The position numbers and the translations under genes were made by a program. From NCBI GenBank assembly GCA_036751905.1, contig DAIOTP010000001.1, forward strand, positions 1,014 through 65,013: DNA of 64,000 nt. The letters run 5' to 3'. Every line of letters begins with the position of its first letter. Within the stretch, counting starts at the first letter, position 1. The notes beneath the pieces were generated by a model. The model did no database searches. It was given only the letters and a program-made list of their open reading frames with translations, and was not told where the DNA came from. Shown one piece after another: positions 1-9,617 of the stretch. This DNA comes from Cryomorphaceae bacterium (GTDB lineage: Bacteria; Bacteroidota; Bacteroidia; Flavobacteriales_D; Cryomorphaceae).

Positions 1-64
1 AATGTGGCTTTTTGATAAACTTAAGATCAACCGAATATTAATTTCCGACACTTGCTTTATATCG

Positions 65-85
65 GCAGCCAGAACGGCTGCTTTT
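65..85 (+). terminator. possible intrinsic terminator hairpin (GCAGCC-agaac-GGCTGC followed by TTTT) for a + strand gene ending at or left of the window edge
   Basis: 6-bp stem, 5-nt loop and T4 tail read directly; stem is short and no upstream gene is visible. Confidence 0.3.
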
Positions 86-189
86 GCTTAGAGAAAGAAG
101 GGGAATAGGCGGAGCAATCCAGCCATTTGGAGGTAGCGCTTTTTGGCGCATCAACTGCACTACTTGGTTCATTATGGCATACCCGACAA

Positions 190-2022
190 TCATTCTTTGG
201 TATACACATTGAGCCTTTTCGAAACCACCCTCACCGGAAGCCGCTCCCGATTCCACAGATATATATCCAAATCGTCTCGCCCATTGCGGATGTGTGGACT
301 GAGATAGTAGCATGTGCTGTACCACACTCCAGCCAGTGTGTCGATGTTTGAAACCCGATGAGCCGCTTCATATGCCTTGTAACCATAGTTGCCCTCCCTG
401 CGGCCCATGGTTGTTACCATGGTAAGTCCGGCTGGTGGTTCGCGGTCGAGGCCTACCTCAAATTCAAACCAGCAGTGGTCGTCGGGACAGAGTTCTTTGT
501 AGGCTTTGCGAAATAGGTGTGAAAATTCTTTCCCTTCCAATTCAGGATCATAGCCTTCCTGCAATTGATCCCGCAGGGTAGCCACAAGATCAATGCTTGC
601 ATGAAGCCGGTAGCCTGTGGGTATTCTTGTTAGCGTATCGACATGTACACCGTGCCGATCCACATCTCCGAGCAGGGCAATTTTATCCCAATCGGGACTG
701 CTGTCCCAAAAACTTGAGAAATAATACTTCGCCGTTTCGCTTTCGGCGAGACGCACACCCTGCAAATACTGGTGTGACTGCCATATATTTAATGCTATGC
801 AGCAAATGGAAAAAACGCCGAAGGCCATGGCATACGGCCCCATTCCCTTCCGGAAAATTGCTCTAACCAACATAGCAAGCGGCAATGAAAGCAAGGCATA
901 CAGTTGAATAACCGACCTCTGGGCAAATGCCCCACCGTACCACCAGTTGGTCCATGAAGCTGCTATGTAAACGAATACCAAAGTATACACGGCAGCTGGG
1001 AGCAATTCCTTTCGCTTTCGGCGCATCCACAACCAGTAGAGTGCAAAGATTACTGGCAACATAAATGGCGTATACAAAAACCACCCCTTGCGGAAACTGA
1101 AAAGGTACTGCCACAGGTGCGGCGACAAAAAGTCCAAGCCTTCGCCGGGATTGCCATAACTGTTGATGATCCATGCGCCTGAGGCAATTTTCCAGTACAG
1201 CAACTGCACACTGCCTACCAAGGCAATAACAACTCCAAAACCGAGAAAGTGCTTGATAGGAATGGCCTTCCATAAAGGAATCAATTGCTTGACATGAAGC
1301 CCTGACTGCCATGCAGGCCATAGGAGCACCACGATAAAAGCCATGATTTCCGTAGGGCGTGACAAGGCCATAAGGCCGAGGACCAACCCTGATCCAAGTG
1401 CCAAAGCCAAGGAAGGTTTGCGGTAATAATTGTCAAGCAACAACAACAACAATGCGTTCAGGAAGAGCAACGCTCCATTGGCAGCGAGGCCTGAACTCAG
1501 CAGGTACAACAAGGCATTGGTTGCGAAAAACAGCAGCACCAAGGTGATGGCCACCACCTTAGTGGCATAATACCGCCGAAGCAACTGTGCAATAAGCACG
1601 AATGCCCCAAAATGGTAAAAGAGTACTCCCACGCGCATGCTCAACTCGTAGGGTGCTGAAAATCCATCCACCGGGTGATTTTGCAGCAGCAAGGCAGCCA
1701 AATGACCTACCAAAAAGAATGGCAAAAAAAGTACAGCCAACCCAGCCGGGTAGCGAATGATGTGACCCCCCTCCTTGAGGTGGGTGAATTGATACAGCGA
1801 GCTGCTCGGAGCGTATTGCTCAAAAATAGACATGGGATACTCGAGGCTGCCAAGCTGAATGGTATGCTCGATGAAGAGCATGGGCAGATAAAAGTAATAC
1901 CCAAAGGAGTCCCATCCCATGGCGGTACCATGCCCCCAAGCGCGGGCGAAAAACACCAAAAATACAGCCGCTATAATGGACAGAGCCCAAAAAATCGGAT
2001 CCCTAAAGCGCTTTTTGATCAT
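190..2022 (-). CDS. polytopic membrane protein, putative GT-C-type (ArnT/PMT-like) glycosyltransferase with ~200-aa hydrophilic C-terminal domain
   Basis: 610-aa ORF with ATG at 2022, 3 nt after the scoB stop; many hydrophobic helices in the first ~400 aa; family call rests on architecture only. Confidence 0.55.
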   Translation of the reverse strand: MIKKRFRDPIFWALSIIAAVFLVFFARAWGHGTAMGWDSFGYYFYLPMLFIEHTIQLGSLEYPMSIFEQYAPSSSLYQFTHLKEGGHIIRYPAGLAVLFLPFFLVGHLAALLLQNHPVDGFSAPYELSMRVGVLFYHFGAFVLIAQLLRRYYATKVVAITLVLLFFATNALLYLLSSGLAANGALLFLNALLLLLLDNYYRKPSLALALGSGLVLGLMALSRPTEIMAFIVVLLWPAWQSGLHVKQLIPLWKAIPIKHFLGFGVVIALVGSVQLLYWKIASGAWIINSYGNPGEGLDFLSPHLWQYLFSFRKGWFLYTPFMLPVIFALYWLWMRRKRKELLPAAVYTLVFVYIAASWTNWWYGGAFAQRSVIQLYALLSLPLAMLVRAIFRKGMGPYAMAFGVFSICCIALNIWQSHQYLQGVRLAESETAKYYFSSFWDSSPDWDKIALLGDVDRHGVHVDTLTRIPTGYRLHASIDLVATLRDQLQEGYDPELEGKEFSHLFRKAYKELCPDDHCWFEFEVGLDREPPAGLTMVTTMGRREGNYGYKAYEAAHRVSNIDTLAGVWYSTCYYLSPHIRNGRDDLDIYLWNRERLPVRVVSKRLNVYTKE

Positions 2023-2025
2023 GTG

Positions 2026-2685
2026 CTACAAAGACACCTGCTTTACATCGGAGGGAACGATGAGCTTGCCGGCGGTTTTGGCTTTGACTTCTTCTAAACC
2101 AACCCCCGGAGCGAGCTCCCGCAGCACGAATCCGCCTTCAGGCGCAATGTCGAGCACGGCCAAATCGGTAACGATGCGCTTTACGCAAGCCACCCCGGTA
2201 AGCGGCAGGGTGCAATCAGGCAACAATTTGCTTTCCCCATTCTTGTTGGTATGGTTCATGGCCACAATGATGTTTTCCGCGCTGGCTACCAAGTCCATCG
2301 CACCACCCATGCCCTTCACCATGAAGCCTGGTATTTTCCAATTGGCAATGTCACCGCGCTCTGAAACCTCCATGGCACCCAGTACAGTGAGCTGTACATG
2401 CTGTCCGCGAATCATGGCAAAGCTCATGGCCGAATCAAAGAAGCTCGCACCCGGCTTGGCCGTAATGGTTTGCTTTCCAGCATTGATGAGGTCAGCATCA
2501 ACCTCGTCTTCATAGGGAAATTGGCCCATACCAAGCACCCCATTTTCCGACTGGAACTCCACACTGATACCATCTGGCACGTGGTTGGCCACCAAGGTGG
2601 GTATGCCTATGCCCAGATTTACATAATAGCCATCCCGCAGTTCTTGCGCAATGCGCTTCGCTATGCCATTTTTATCGAGTGCCAT
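2026..2685 (-). CDS. scoB: 3-oxoacid CoA-transferase subunit B
   Basis: GIAKRIAQELRDGYYVNLGIGIPTLV and the SENG catalytic-Glu motif typical of family I CoA-transferase B subunits; ORF opens on TTG at 2694, first ATG at 2685. Confidence 0.9.
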   Translation of the reverse strand: MALDKNGIAKRIAQELRDGYYVNLGIGIPTLVANHVPDGISVEFQSENGVLGMGQFPYEDEVDADLINAGKQTITAKPGASFFDSAMSFAMIRGQHVQLTVLGAMEVSERGDIANWKIPGFMVKGMGGAMDLVASAENIIVAMNHTNKNGESKLLPDCTLPLTGVACVKRIVTDLAVLDIAPEGGFVLRELAPGVGLEEVKAKTAGKLIVPSDVKQVSL

Positions 2686-4513
2686 ATTTGTCAATTTTAT
2701 GTGAAAGTACTATTTCTGATTCGACCACAGGGGCACTACCAAGGTTCAAAGTCCGCAACAGCCTAATGTCGTGCACCGTGACACCAATAGGCTTTTCGGT
2801 CATGTTCCAGATGTAGCACACCATCTTGGCTGTGCCTTCCGGCAAATCGATTATGCGCCTCAAATGCAAGGTATCGCCCTCGTAGTGCGGTTTTATCCAA
2901 CTCAATCCCACTTCTAAATAATAAATGGTCTCGTCATTGGCATTGCGCGCACTCACGATAAGCTCTGCAAGGGGCATTGGCTTGCTGGTATGCAGGCTGA
3001 AATCGAATTCAATGGCTTCGAGCGGGGCAACAAGCATTGAATCTGTGCTTTCCCATAAGTTGATGTACAACGCATTGCCTTCGTATGGGGGAGGCAGTTC
3101 GCTTATAGACGCATAGTGCTCCCACTGTACGGGTGTGCGGCGCTTGAGCAAATAGGTTTCATTGCGTGGATCCTTAAAAAGGGTATCGTGACTCTGCACA
3201 TAGGGGTCGCATGCCTTGCGGTGGCACATCAGGTAGTCGGCACGGCCGTTGGCAGCCGCCTCGGGAATAAATGGCTGCAGGGGCTCCTTGTGCTTGAGGC
3301 TTTCATATCCCCACGTAGTCATCATCAGGCGGTACCCTTCAATGCTGAATATTTCCTTGCGTTCGCCAATATCTTTAGCCATAGCGGCGTAGAGGCCTGG
3401 GTGTTGGTGTATTTCCCGCCAAAGGTGGGTGTAGCCCATGTTGGCTCCCGACAGCAAGCCGATAGGAAAGGCGAGCAGCGGCAGGACCAATCCCTGGGCC
3501 CAGACTTTAACACGTCCAAGCGCATCGGCAGCGTAGGCGAGGCTTAGAATAGACAAAGGGAGGAAGTAAATTCCCGTTCTGTCTTCGGGGTAATTCACTT
3601 CCAGCAAGTAGCACATTGCCACAGCCCCTAATACATTGAATACCAAAAATGCGCTTGCAATATGGCCTGCATGGACGGGTTGAAAACGGCCCTTCACCCA
3701 TTTGGCGAAAAGCCAAAGTGCAGCCACACCCACAGGTATAGCCAGCAGCCATGCCAGCCACAGCGCATCCTGATAAATTGTGTAGCGCAGCAAGGTCACC
3801 ACGGTTACCTCCACAAAACCATCGCGCAGGCCGTAGTACAGCAAGCCCCCATCGCGCATGGCCAGCGCGTACACGCTCAAGCCAATGAAGGGCAGCAGGC
3901 CCAGAAGTGCCAATATGGTCCACTGTTTGCCCTTTCCGGCAAATCGAAACCATAGCAAAGCCACCACCAGTGTCATGGCAATGAGCAAGCTGTTGAGCAT
4001 GCTCATATTGGCCAGCACGGCGGCCGTAAGCCAGAGCCACATCCGTATTTGTTGACTTGCTTTCCCCGTTTCCGAAAAAAGTACAAGGTGCCACAATGCA
4101 CCACTCAGCAAGGCAATGGACAAACCATAGCCACGCATTTGAGCGAAAAAGTCGATAAGCAATGCCGGACTGAGCCATGCAAGGGCAGCGATTGCCCACA
4201 CCCATTTTTGGCGCAAGCCGCCGAGCAATCTCCATCCGAACCACGCATACACCCCGAATGAAATCACATTGGGCATACGCAACCAATGGGCTTCCATGCC
4301 CAGGAGTTTCCAGCACGGCCACATGAGTGCTGAATTGAGCATGTGGTTGTTGGCATCCCACACCATGTTCCAGGGCAAGAAATTCCCTGACTGTACGTAC
4401 AGCAGAAAGGTGACAGCTTCATCATGCGAGACAGGCACCAGTACCGCCCTAAAAATAACATACAGCCCTACGGCGCAAGCGGCAACAATATAAAAGATGC
4501 TTGAGCGATTCAT
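2672..4513 (-). CDS. polytopic membrane protein, putative GT-C-type glycosyltransferase (HDEA first-loop motif) with ~200-aa C-terminal soluble domain
   Basis: ORF 2672..4639 trimmed to ATG 4513 (MNRSSIFYIVAACAV...) because the upstream part overlaps scoA; many TM helices; sits between scoA and scoB. Confidence 0.6.
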   Translation of the reverse strand: MNRSSIFYIVAACAVGLYVIFRAVLVPVSHDEAVTFLLYVQSGNFLPWNMVWDANNHMLNSALMWPCWKLLGMEAHWLRMPNVISFGVYAWFGWRLLGGLRQKWVWAIAALAWLSPALLIDFFAQMRGYGLSIALLSGALWHLVLFSETGKASQQIRMWLWLTAAVLANMSMLNSLLIAMTLVVALLWFRFAGKGKQWTILALLGLLPFIGLSVYALAMRDGGLLYYGLRDGFVEVTVVTLLRYTIYQDALWLAWLLAIPVGVAALWLFAKWVKGRFQPVHAGHIASAFLVFNVLGAVAMCYLLEVNYPEDRTGIYFLPLSILSLAYAADALGRVKVWAQGLVLPLLAFPIGLLSGANMGYTHLWREIHQHPGLYAAMAKDIGERKEIFSIEGYRLMMTTWGYESLKHKEPLQPFIPEAAANGRADYLMCHRKACDPYVQSHDTLFKDPRNETYLLKRRTPVQWEHYASISELPPPYEGNALYINLWESTDSMLVAPLEAIEFDFSLHTSKPMPLAELIVSARNANDETIYYLEVGLSWIKPHYEGDTLHLRRIIDLPEGTAKMVCYIWNMTEKPIGVTVHDIRLLRTLNLGSAPVVESEIVLSHKIDKYGTR

Positions 4514-4526
4514 GCTGATTGTACTC

Positions 4527-5225
4527 TCAGGACCGTTGACGCACGGTGCGTTGCTCGATGCGCTTTTCGAAATGCGCCCCTTTGAAAATGCGCTGTACAA
4601 AGATGCCCGGCGTATGGATAAAATTGGGGTCCAGCTCACCGGCGGGGACCAATTCCTCCACTTCAGCGATGGTGATTTTGCCGGCCATGGCCATCAAGGG
4701 ATTGAAGTTGCGGGCGGTGGCCTTGTACATGAGGTTGCCTTCCGTATCGCCTTTCCATGCCTTAACAATGGCAAAATCGGGCTTAAAGGCGTGTTCCATA
4801 ATGTACATTTTGCCATTGAATTCCCTCACTTCTTTGCCTTCGGCTACCTCGGTGCCGTAGCCTGCCGGTGTAAAAAAGGCGGGTATACCTGCACCTGTAG
4901 CCCTGCAACGCTCGGCAAGGGTACCTTGAGGTATGAGCTCCACCTCGAGCTCCCCACTGAGCATTTGCCGCTCAAACTCTTTGTTTTCGCCAACGTAGGA
5001 GGAGATCATTTTGCGTATTTGCCTTTTTTGCAGCAGCAATCCCAAACCAAAATCGTCGACTCCTGCATTGTTGCTGATGCATGTGAGGTCAGTGATGTCT
5101 GTGTCGGTCAAAGCCTTTATGCAGTTTTCGGGAATACCACACAGCCCGAAACCTCCGAGCATGATGGTCATGCCGGAATCAATTCCTCTGATCGCTTCGC
5201 GCGCATTGGCTACTACTTTGTTCAT
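4527..5225 (-). CDS. scoA: 3-oxoacid CoA-transferase subunit A
   Basis: [33 protein letters not shown]... is a typical A-subunit N-terminus; 232 aa. Confidence 0.9.
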   Translation of the reverse strand: MNKVVANAREAIRGIDSGMTIMLGGFGLCGIPENCIKALTDTDITDLTCISNNAGVDDFGLGLLLQKRQIRKMISSYVGENKEFERQMLSGELEVELIPQGTLAERCRATGAGIPAFFTPAGYGTEVAEGKEVREFNGKMYIMEHAFKPDFAIVKAWKGDTEGNLMYKATARNFNPLMAMAGKITIAEVEELVPAGELDPNFIHTPGIFVQRIFKGAHFEKRIEQRTVRQRS

Positions 5226-5237
5226 GGCTAAGCTGAA

Positions 5238-7667
5238 TTACCAGGTGATGTCATCCTGTGTTTCGAAAATATTGAATGAGCGGGCATAGGCGTCGCAATC
5301 GAGCTCTACTTTGATGTTGTCGGGTCTTGGAAAATCCCCCTTTGTAATGTTGAGGCTTGGGTCGTCATAGGCGGCCTTCATGAAAAAGCCCCAAATAGGC
5401 AGGGCCATGTTGGTGCCCATACCAAGTGCGAGGGTACGGAAGTGAACCGATCGGTCTTCGGCACCCACCCACACCCCCGTAACCAGGTCAGGCACGAGGC
5501 CTATAAACCACCCATCACTTTGATTTTGAGTAGTTCCTGTTTTTCCGGCTATCTTTATGTCGCGTGTGAAGCCATCGTAGCCCCGGTTGGGCAAGTCAAA
5601 GCGCAGGCGCATTGCGGTACCCGTTTTTTTGCCAGTGTGCTTGTTGTACACCCCGTCGATGGTGCCTTCCATGAGGCTGAGCATGGTATAGGCCGTGCGC
5701 TCATCCATGGCTTCCTTGGTTTGAGGCTGCATTTGGAAAATGGGGTTTCCATTTTTGTCTTCAATGCGTATTACATATATGGGCTTGATGTGTACTCCGG
5801 CATTGGCGAAGGTGGCATTGGCTGAAGTAATCTCCAGCAGGCTCAGGTCGGCTACGCCAAAACACTGTGATACAACAGGCTCCATAGGGCTCTCGATACC
5901 CAAATCGCGGGCCAGCTTGATGACCGCCTCAGGGCCAAACTGCTTCATGACCCAAGCCGTTACGGTGTTCACCGAGTTGGCGAGGCCCCATTTGAGCGAA
6001 ACCATGTAGCCGTAATCGCGGTCGGAATCTTGGGGCGTGTAGTCGTTTTGAAGATTGAATGTCCCCTTTTGGAAGGTGGTCGGAACCTTAGGCACTTCAT
6101 AACAGGGCGAGTAGCCTTCGCGGATGGCGGTGGCATACACGAATGGCTTAAAGGTGGAGCCTACCTGCCGCTTGCCCTGCTTCACCTGATCATACTTGAA
6201 GTACTTGAAATTGTTGCCTCCCACCCAGGCTTTTACAAATCCCGTGGAGGGATCAATGCTCACCAATCCGGCGCGCAGCATGCTTTTGTAATACACAATG
6301 CTGTCCATGGGACTGAGCAGCGTGTCCTTTTCACCCTGCCATGTAAATACCTTCATGGGCACCTTCACATTGCGGAATACGTAGTCCACACTGTCGGCAG
6401 GCGTTGCGCGCCAGCGTTCCTGACAATCGTCTGAATTGCATTGGTAAAAGGTGCTTGCCCCCTCGGTTTCCTTTTCAATGTTGACCCTGCGGTGGCAATT
6501 GGGGCACTCGCGGCCTGTCATGTAATTGTAGCGCGGCGTGCGGCGCATGGCCGAATTCTTAATTCCTTCAATTTCAGCTTGGCTCAGATCATTGGCAAAT
6601 GGTGGATTCTTGTACTTGCCTACATCTCTGAAGAACTGTTCCTGCAATTCGCCACCGAGGTGAGAGGCCACCGCCTCCTCGGCGTAGCGTTGTAAGCGCG
6701 AATCGATGGTGGTGTACACCCGCAGACCATCGCGGTGAATGTTATACGGCTCGCCGTTGGCCTTCACGTAGCGGTAGTTGCCTTTGTCATCTTTTTCAGC
6801 GAATAGTTCTTTAAGCTCCCCCCTCAATACCTCACGGAAGTACGGTGCCAAGCCTTCTTTGTGGTCCACAACTGTGAAATTAAGGTTGAGCGGCAGCCCC
6901 GACAGCGAGTCATACTGCGCACGGCTGAGGTAGCCATTGCGCACCATTTGCGCAAGCACCACATTGCGGCGTTCGGTGGCTCTTTCCGGACGGCGTACAG
7001 GGTTGTAATAATCCGGTCCTTTGGCCATACCTACAAGCAATGCGGCTTGCTCAATGAGCAACGAATCAGGCGATAAGCCAAAATACACATTGCTGGCAGA
7101 TTTGATCCCTACAGCGTTGTTGATCCAGTCGAATTTATTCAGGTACAGCGTAATGATCTCTTCTTTGGTATACTGCCTTTCCAGACGTGTGGCGATGATC
7201 CATTCCTGAAATTTTTGAAAGACACGCTGCACCCCGTTGGCCGGCCGCTCGGTGAAAAGCATTTTAGAAAGCTGTTGGGTAATGGTACTCGCTCCTCCCT
7301 TTTTGCCCAAATAAATGGCTGCCCTAATCGTGCCGCGAAGGTCAATGCCCGAATGCTGAAAAAAGCGTTCATCCTCGGTAGCTATCAGTGCATTTACCAC
7401 ATATGGCGAGAGCTCCCGGTAGTCTACATTGGTGCGGTTCTCCAGATAGAAGCGGCCCAACACCTCGCCATCGGCGCTGTACACTTCTGTAGCGAGGTTG
7501 GTTTTGGGATTGGCCAGTGCCAGGGTATCGGGCAGGTTGCTGTTGTTGGCAATCACCAACAGGATGATCAAGGCCAATAAAGGCGCAAAGGCGCATATCC
7601 ACAGCAAAACCATCATGCGCCGCCTGGGCTGTTGTGGGTCTGTGGCTGGATTGGGTTCGGTCCTCAT
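5238..7667 (-). CDS. mrcA: class A penicillin-binding protein (PBP1A; glycosyltransferase plus transpeptidase)
   Basis: GT51 motifs TEDERFFQHSGID and GASTITQQL; transpeptidase motifs STFKP and KTGT; ORF opens on TTG 7688, first ATG 7667. Confidence 0.9.
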   Translation of the reverse strand: MRTEPNPATDPQQPRRRMMVLLWICAFAPLLALIILLVIANNSNLPDTLALANPKTNLATEVYSADGEVLGRFYLENRTNVDYRELSPYVVNALIATEDERFFQHSGIDLRGTIRAAIYLGKKGGASTITQQLSKMLFTERPANGVQRVFQKFQEWIIATRLERQYTKEEIITLYLNKFDWINNAVGIKSASNVYFGLSPDSLLIEQAALLVGMAKGPDYYNPVRRPERATERRNVVLAQMVRNGYLSRAQYDSLSGLPLNLNFTVVDHKEGLAPYFREVLRGELKELFAEKDDKGNYRYVKANGEPYNIHRDGLRVYTTIDSRLQRYAEEAVASHLGGELQEQFFRDVGKYKNPPFANDLSQAEIEGIKNSAMRRTPRYNYMTGRECPNCHRRVNIEKETEGASTFYQCNSDDCQERWRATPADSVDYVFRNVKVPMKVFTWQGEKDTLLSPMDSIVYYKSMLRAGLVSIDPSTGFVKAWVGGNNFKYFKYDQVKQGKRQVGSTFKPFVYATAIREGYSPCYEVPKVPTTFQKGTFNLQNDYTPQDSDRDYGYMVSLKWGLANSVNTVTAWVMKQFGPEAVIKLARDLGIESPMEPVVSQCFGVADLSLLEITSANATFANAGVHIKPIYVIRIEDKNGNPIFQMQPQTKEAMDERTAYTMLSLMEGTIDGVYNKHTGKKTGTAMRLRFDLPNRGYDGFTRDIKIAGKTGTTQNQSDGWFIGLVPDLVTGVWVGAEDRSVHFRTLALGMGTNMALPIWGFFMKAAYDDPSLNITKGDFPRPDNIKVELDCDAYARSFNIFETQDDITW

Positions 7668-7729
7668 AGATGGCTTGTACGTGCGCAATAGTAACGATTA
7701 TTTATGCTGTAACTTGCGACAATGGTCTG

Positions 7730-7737
7730 CAAACTTA
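7730..7737 (-). promoter_or_regulatory. Bacteroidota-type -7 box TAAGTTTG upstream of PBP1A
   Basis: exact TAnnTTTG match on the minus strand, ~40-60 nt upstream of the candidate starts; overlaps the gldH stop. Confidence 0.3.
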
Positions 7738-8235
7738 GGGTCGAGGCTGCATTTTTTCAATTCTTAACCCTATGTTGCGTATCCCAATGAGCGTATCAGT
7801 GCGCATGGCTTGTTCAATTTCGAAGGTATATTTTCCGGAAAGGGGGAACCGCTTGTTGTAGGCGTACATCACGCTGGCTCCTGGATATCGGCCCATGTTG
7901 AGGTAGCCATTGCCCTTGCCCAACCAGCGCCCATGGGCATCGGCAAGATAAAGGCCAATGGTATCGCGCGAACTTTTTCCGTTGGGAAAAGTCGTTTTTA
8001 AAAACAGGTACAAGTTGCGGTAAGGGTATTCCTCAGTATTGCGCACGTTGACCAAAAAGTTGTGCTGGCTCACCGTGTCGGTCACCTCCACCTCGAGCAC
8101 TGCCCTTTCGCTTACCGCCCAACGGGCATCGGCTATCTCAATATTTTGCTCAAATACCAGCCGCTCGTCTGTACAAGACGCCATGAAAGCCATGAGCACG
8201 ATACCCAGAGATATGATGCCTAACTTAGCTTGCAT
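7735..8235 (-). CDS. gldH: gliding motility lipoprotein GldH
   Basis: signal plus lipobox (LMAFMASC), then YPYRNLYLFL and GKGNG motifs characteristic of GldH; ORF 7735..8511 trimmed to ATG 8235 where the lipoprotein signal begins. Confidence 0.8.
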   Translation of the reverse strand: MQAKLGIISLGIVLMAFMASCTDERLVFEQNIEIADARWAVSERAVLEVEVTDTVSQHNFLVNVRNTEEYPYRNLYLFLKTTFPNGKSSRDTIGLYLADAHGRWLGKGNGYLNMGRYPGASVMYAYNKRFPLSGKYTFEIEQAMRTDTLIGIRNIGLRIEKMQPRP

Positions 8236-9592
8236 TGCCCTCCCCTGTATTGCGTGGCCCACGGCCTGGTTTACGGCGCTTATTCCGGTTGGAGCTTTTA
8301 GCTTGGTTGCCGGCGTTGGGCTCTTGCTTTGCTTGTGGCCTGCCTTCTCTTTGTGGCCTGTTGGGTTTGGCTGCTCCGCCCGGATTGCCCCCGCGTGGGG
8401 CACCTTTTTTTTGCTCGCCTTGCTGGGTAGCGGCCTGCGCGCTTCCTCCGGGACTACCGGGTCGCTTTTTACGGCCTTTGCCTCCACGGTTGCGGTTGCG
8501 TGTTTTATCAAAACGTGTGAGGCTATCCTGACCTACCACATTTCCAAAACTGGTTTCCACTTCCACGGGTGCATCAATAAATTCTCTCAGATCTTCCGGA
8601 AATATGCCCTGTTGGTTAAGATCAAGAATTTGCTTTACCCTATCGAGAGGCAAGGGAATAGGCGTGGCCACAGGTTCATCTGAGTAGATGTACCAGAGCA
8701 AGCCTTTGAAAATATCCGTCTTCAGGTGCATGGCATTGCCTTTTTTGGTCTTGAGCCTGCCGTGGTTTTTCGGAAAGTGCTTTAGGGCATCGAGGTAGGA
8801 GTCGAGCTCATAATTCAAGCAGCACTTGAGCTTTCCACACTGACCTGCAAGTTTTTGTGTGTTGAGGGCCAGCTGCTGGTATCGCGCGGCACTTGTGCTC
8901 ACGGAGCGGAAGTCGGTGAGCCATGTGCTACAGCACAGTTCGCGGCCGCAACTGCCGATGCCACCCAATCTGGCGGCTTCCTGTCGCGCTCCTATCTGGC
9001 GCATTTCGATGCGTATCCTGAAAGTTTCTGCAAGCTTGCGTATCAGCTCTCGGAAGTCAATGCGCCCTTCGGCGGTGTAGAAAAATGTGGCCTTCGATTT
9101 GTCGGCTTGGTACTCTACATCGCTTATTTTCATGTCAATGGCAAGCATGTGCGATACTTCCCTTGCCTTGAACATGGTTTTGTCCTCCAGTGCCCGTGCC
9201 TCCCGCCAGATGGCAAGCTCTTCGGAATTTGCCTTGCGCAAAATGCGTTTGGCTTCCTGCTGGGCTTTGGTGCCGCCCCGGCGCTCTATTTGAAGCCGGG
9301 CAAGCTCACCTACCGCCGATACCGTACCGATATCATAGCCAATGGCGGCTTCTACCACCACCGCATCGCCAGGATTCAGAGTAAGCTTCTCGCTGTTGCG
9401 AAAAAACTCTTTCCTCGTGCTTTTGAAACGCACCTCTACGTAAGCAAAAGGTGCGAGATGTCCTGGCAAGTCCATATTGGCCAGCCAGTCGTACACCGCC
9501 AGCTTGCTACAGCCTCCTGTGCTGCACGTGCCGTGGTTTTTGCACCCGGCTGGCAGCCCATTGCTGCCGTTGCTGCATGATTCACATCCCAT
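8225..9592 (-). CDS. PSP1 domain protein (RicT/YaaT-like) with Cys-rich N-terminus and 93-aa R/K/G/P/N-rich C-terminal tail
   Basis: PSP1-type core (...FYTAEGRIDFRELIRKLAETFRIRIEMRQIG...GSCGRELCCSTWL...); sits directly after holB as in the conserved holB-yaaT pairing; 11-nt overlap with gldH. Confidence 0.8.
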   Translation of the reverse strand: MGCESCSNGSNGLPAGCKNHGTCSTGGCSKLAVYDWLANMDLPGHLAPFAYVEVRFKSTRKEFFRNSEKLTLNPGDAVVVEAAIGYDIGTVSAVGELARLQIERRGGTKAQQEAKRILRKANSEELAIWREARALEDKTMFKAREVSHMLAIDMKISDVEYQADKSKATFFYTAEGRIDFRELIRKLAETFRIRIEMRQIGARQEAARLGGIGSCGRELCCSTWLTDFRSVSTSAARYQQLALNTQKLAGQCGKLKCCLNYELDSYLDALKHFPKNHGRLKTKKGNAMHLKTDIFKGLLWYIYSDEPVATPIPLPLDRVKQILDLNQQGIFPEDLREFIDAPVEVETSFGNVVGQDSLTRFDKTRNRNRGGKGRKKRPGSPGGSAQAATQQGEQKKGAPRGGNPGGAAKPNRPQREGRPQAKQEPNAGNQAKSSNRNKRRKPGRGPRNTGEGNAS

Positions 9593-9617
9593 ATCTGTAT
9601 TTCACTCTCTTAATTCG

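Noticed and set aside
1438-1452. Short simple repeats as phase-variation switches: (CAA)5 at 1438..1452, (CTG)4 near 27945, and A8/T8 runs at 8405..8412 and 10384..10391
   Set aside because: The tracts are short. The trinucleotide runs are in-frame Leu stretches in TM helices. The homopolymers sit in core genes (the PSP1-domain gene and holB), where on/off switching is implausible.
8236-8511. N-terminal extension of the gldH ORF (92 extra codons)
   Set aside because: The GldH lipoprotein signal begins at ATG 8235. The extension overlaps the uninterrupted PSP1 frame and is low-complexity sequence. I keep it only as a caveat in the findings.
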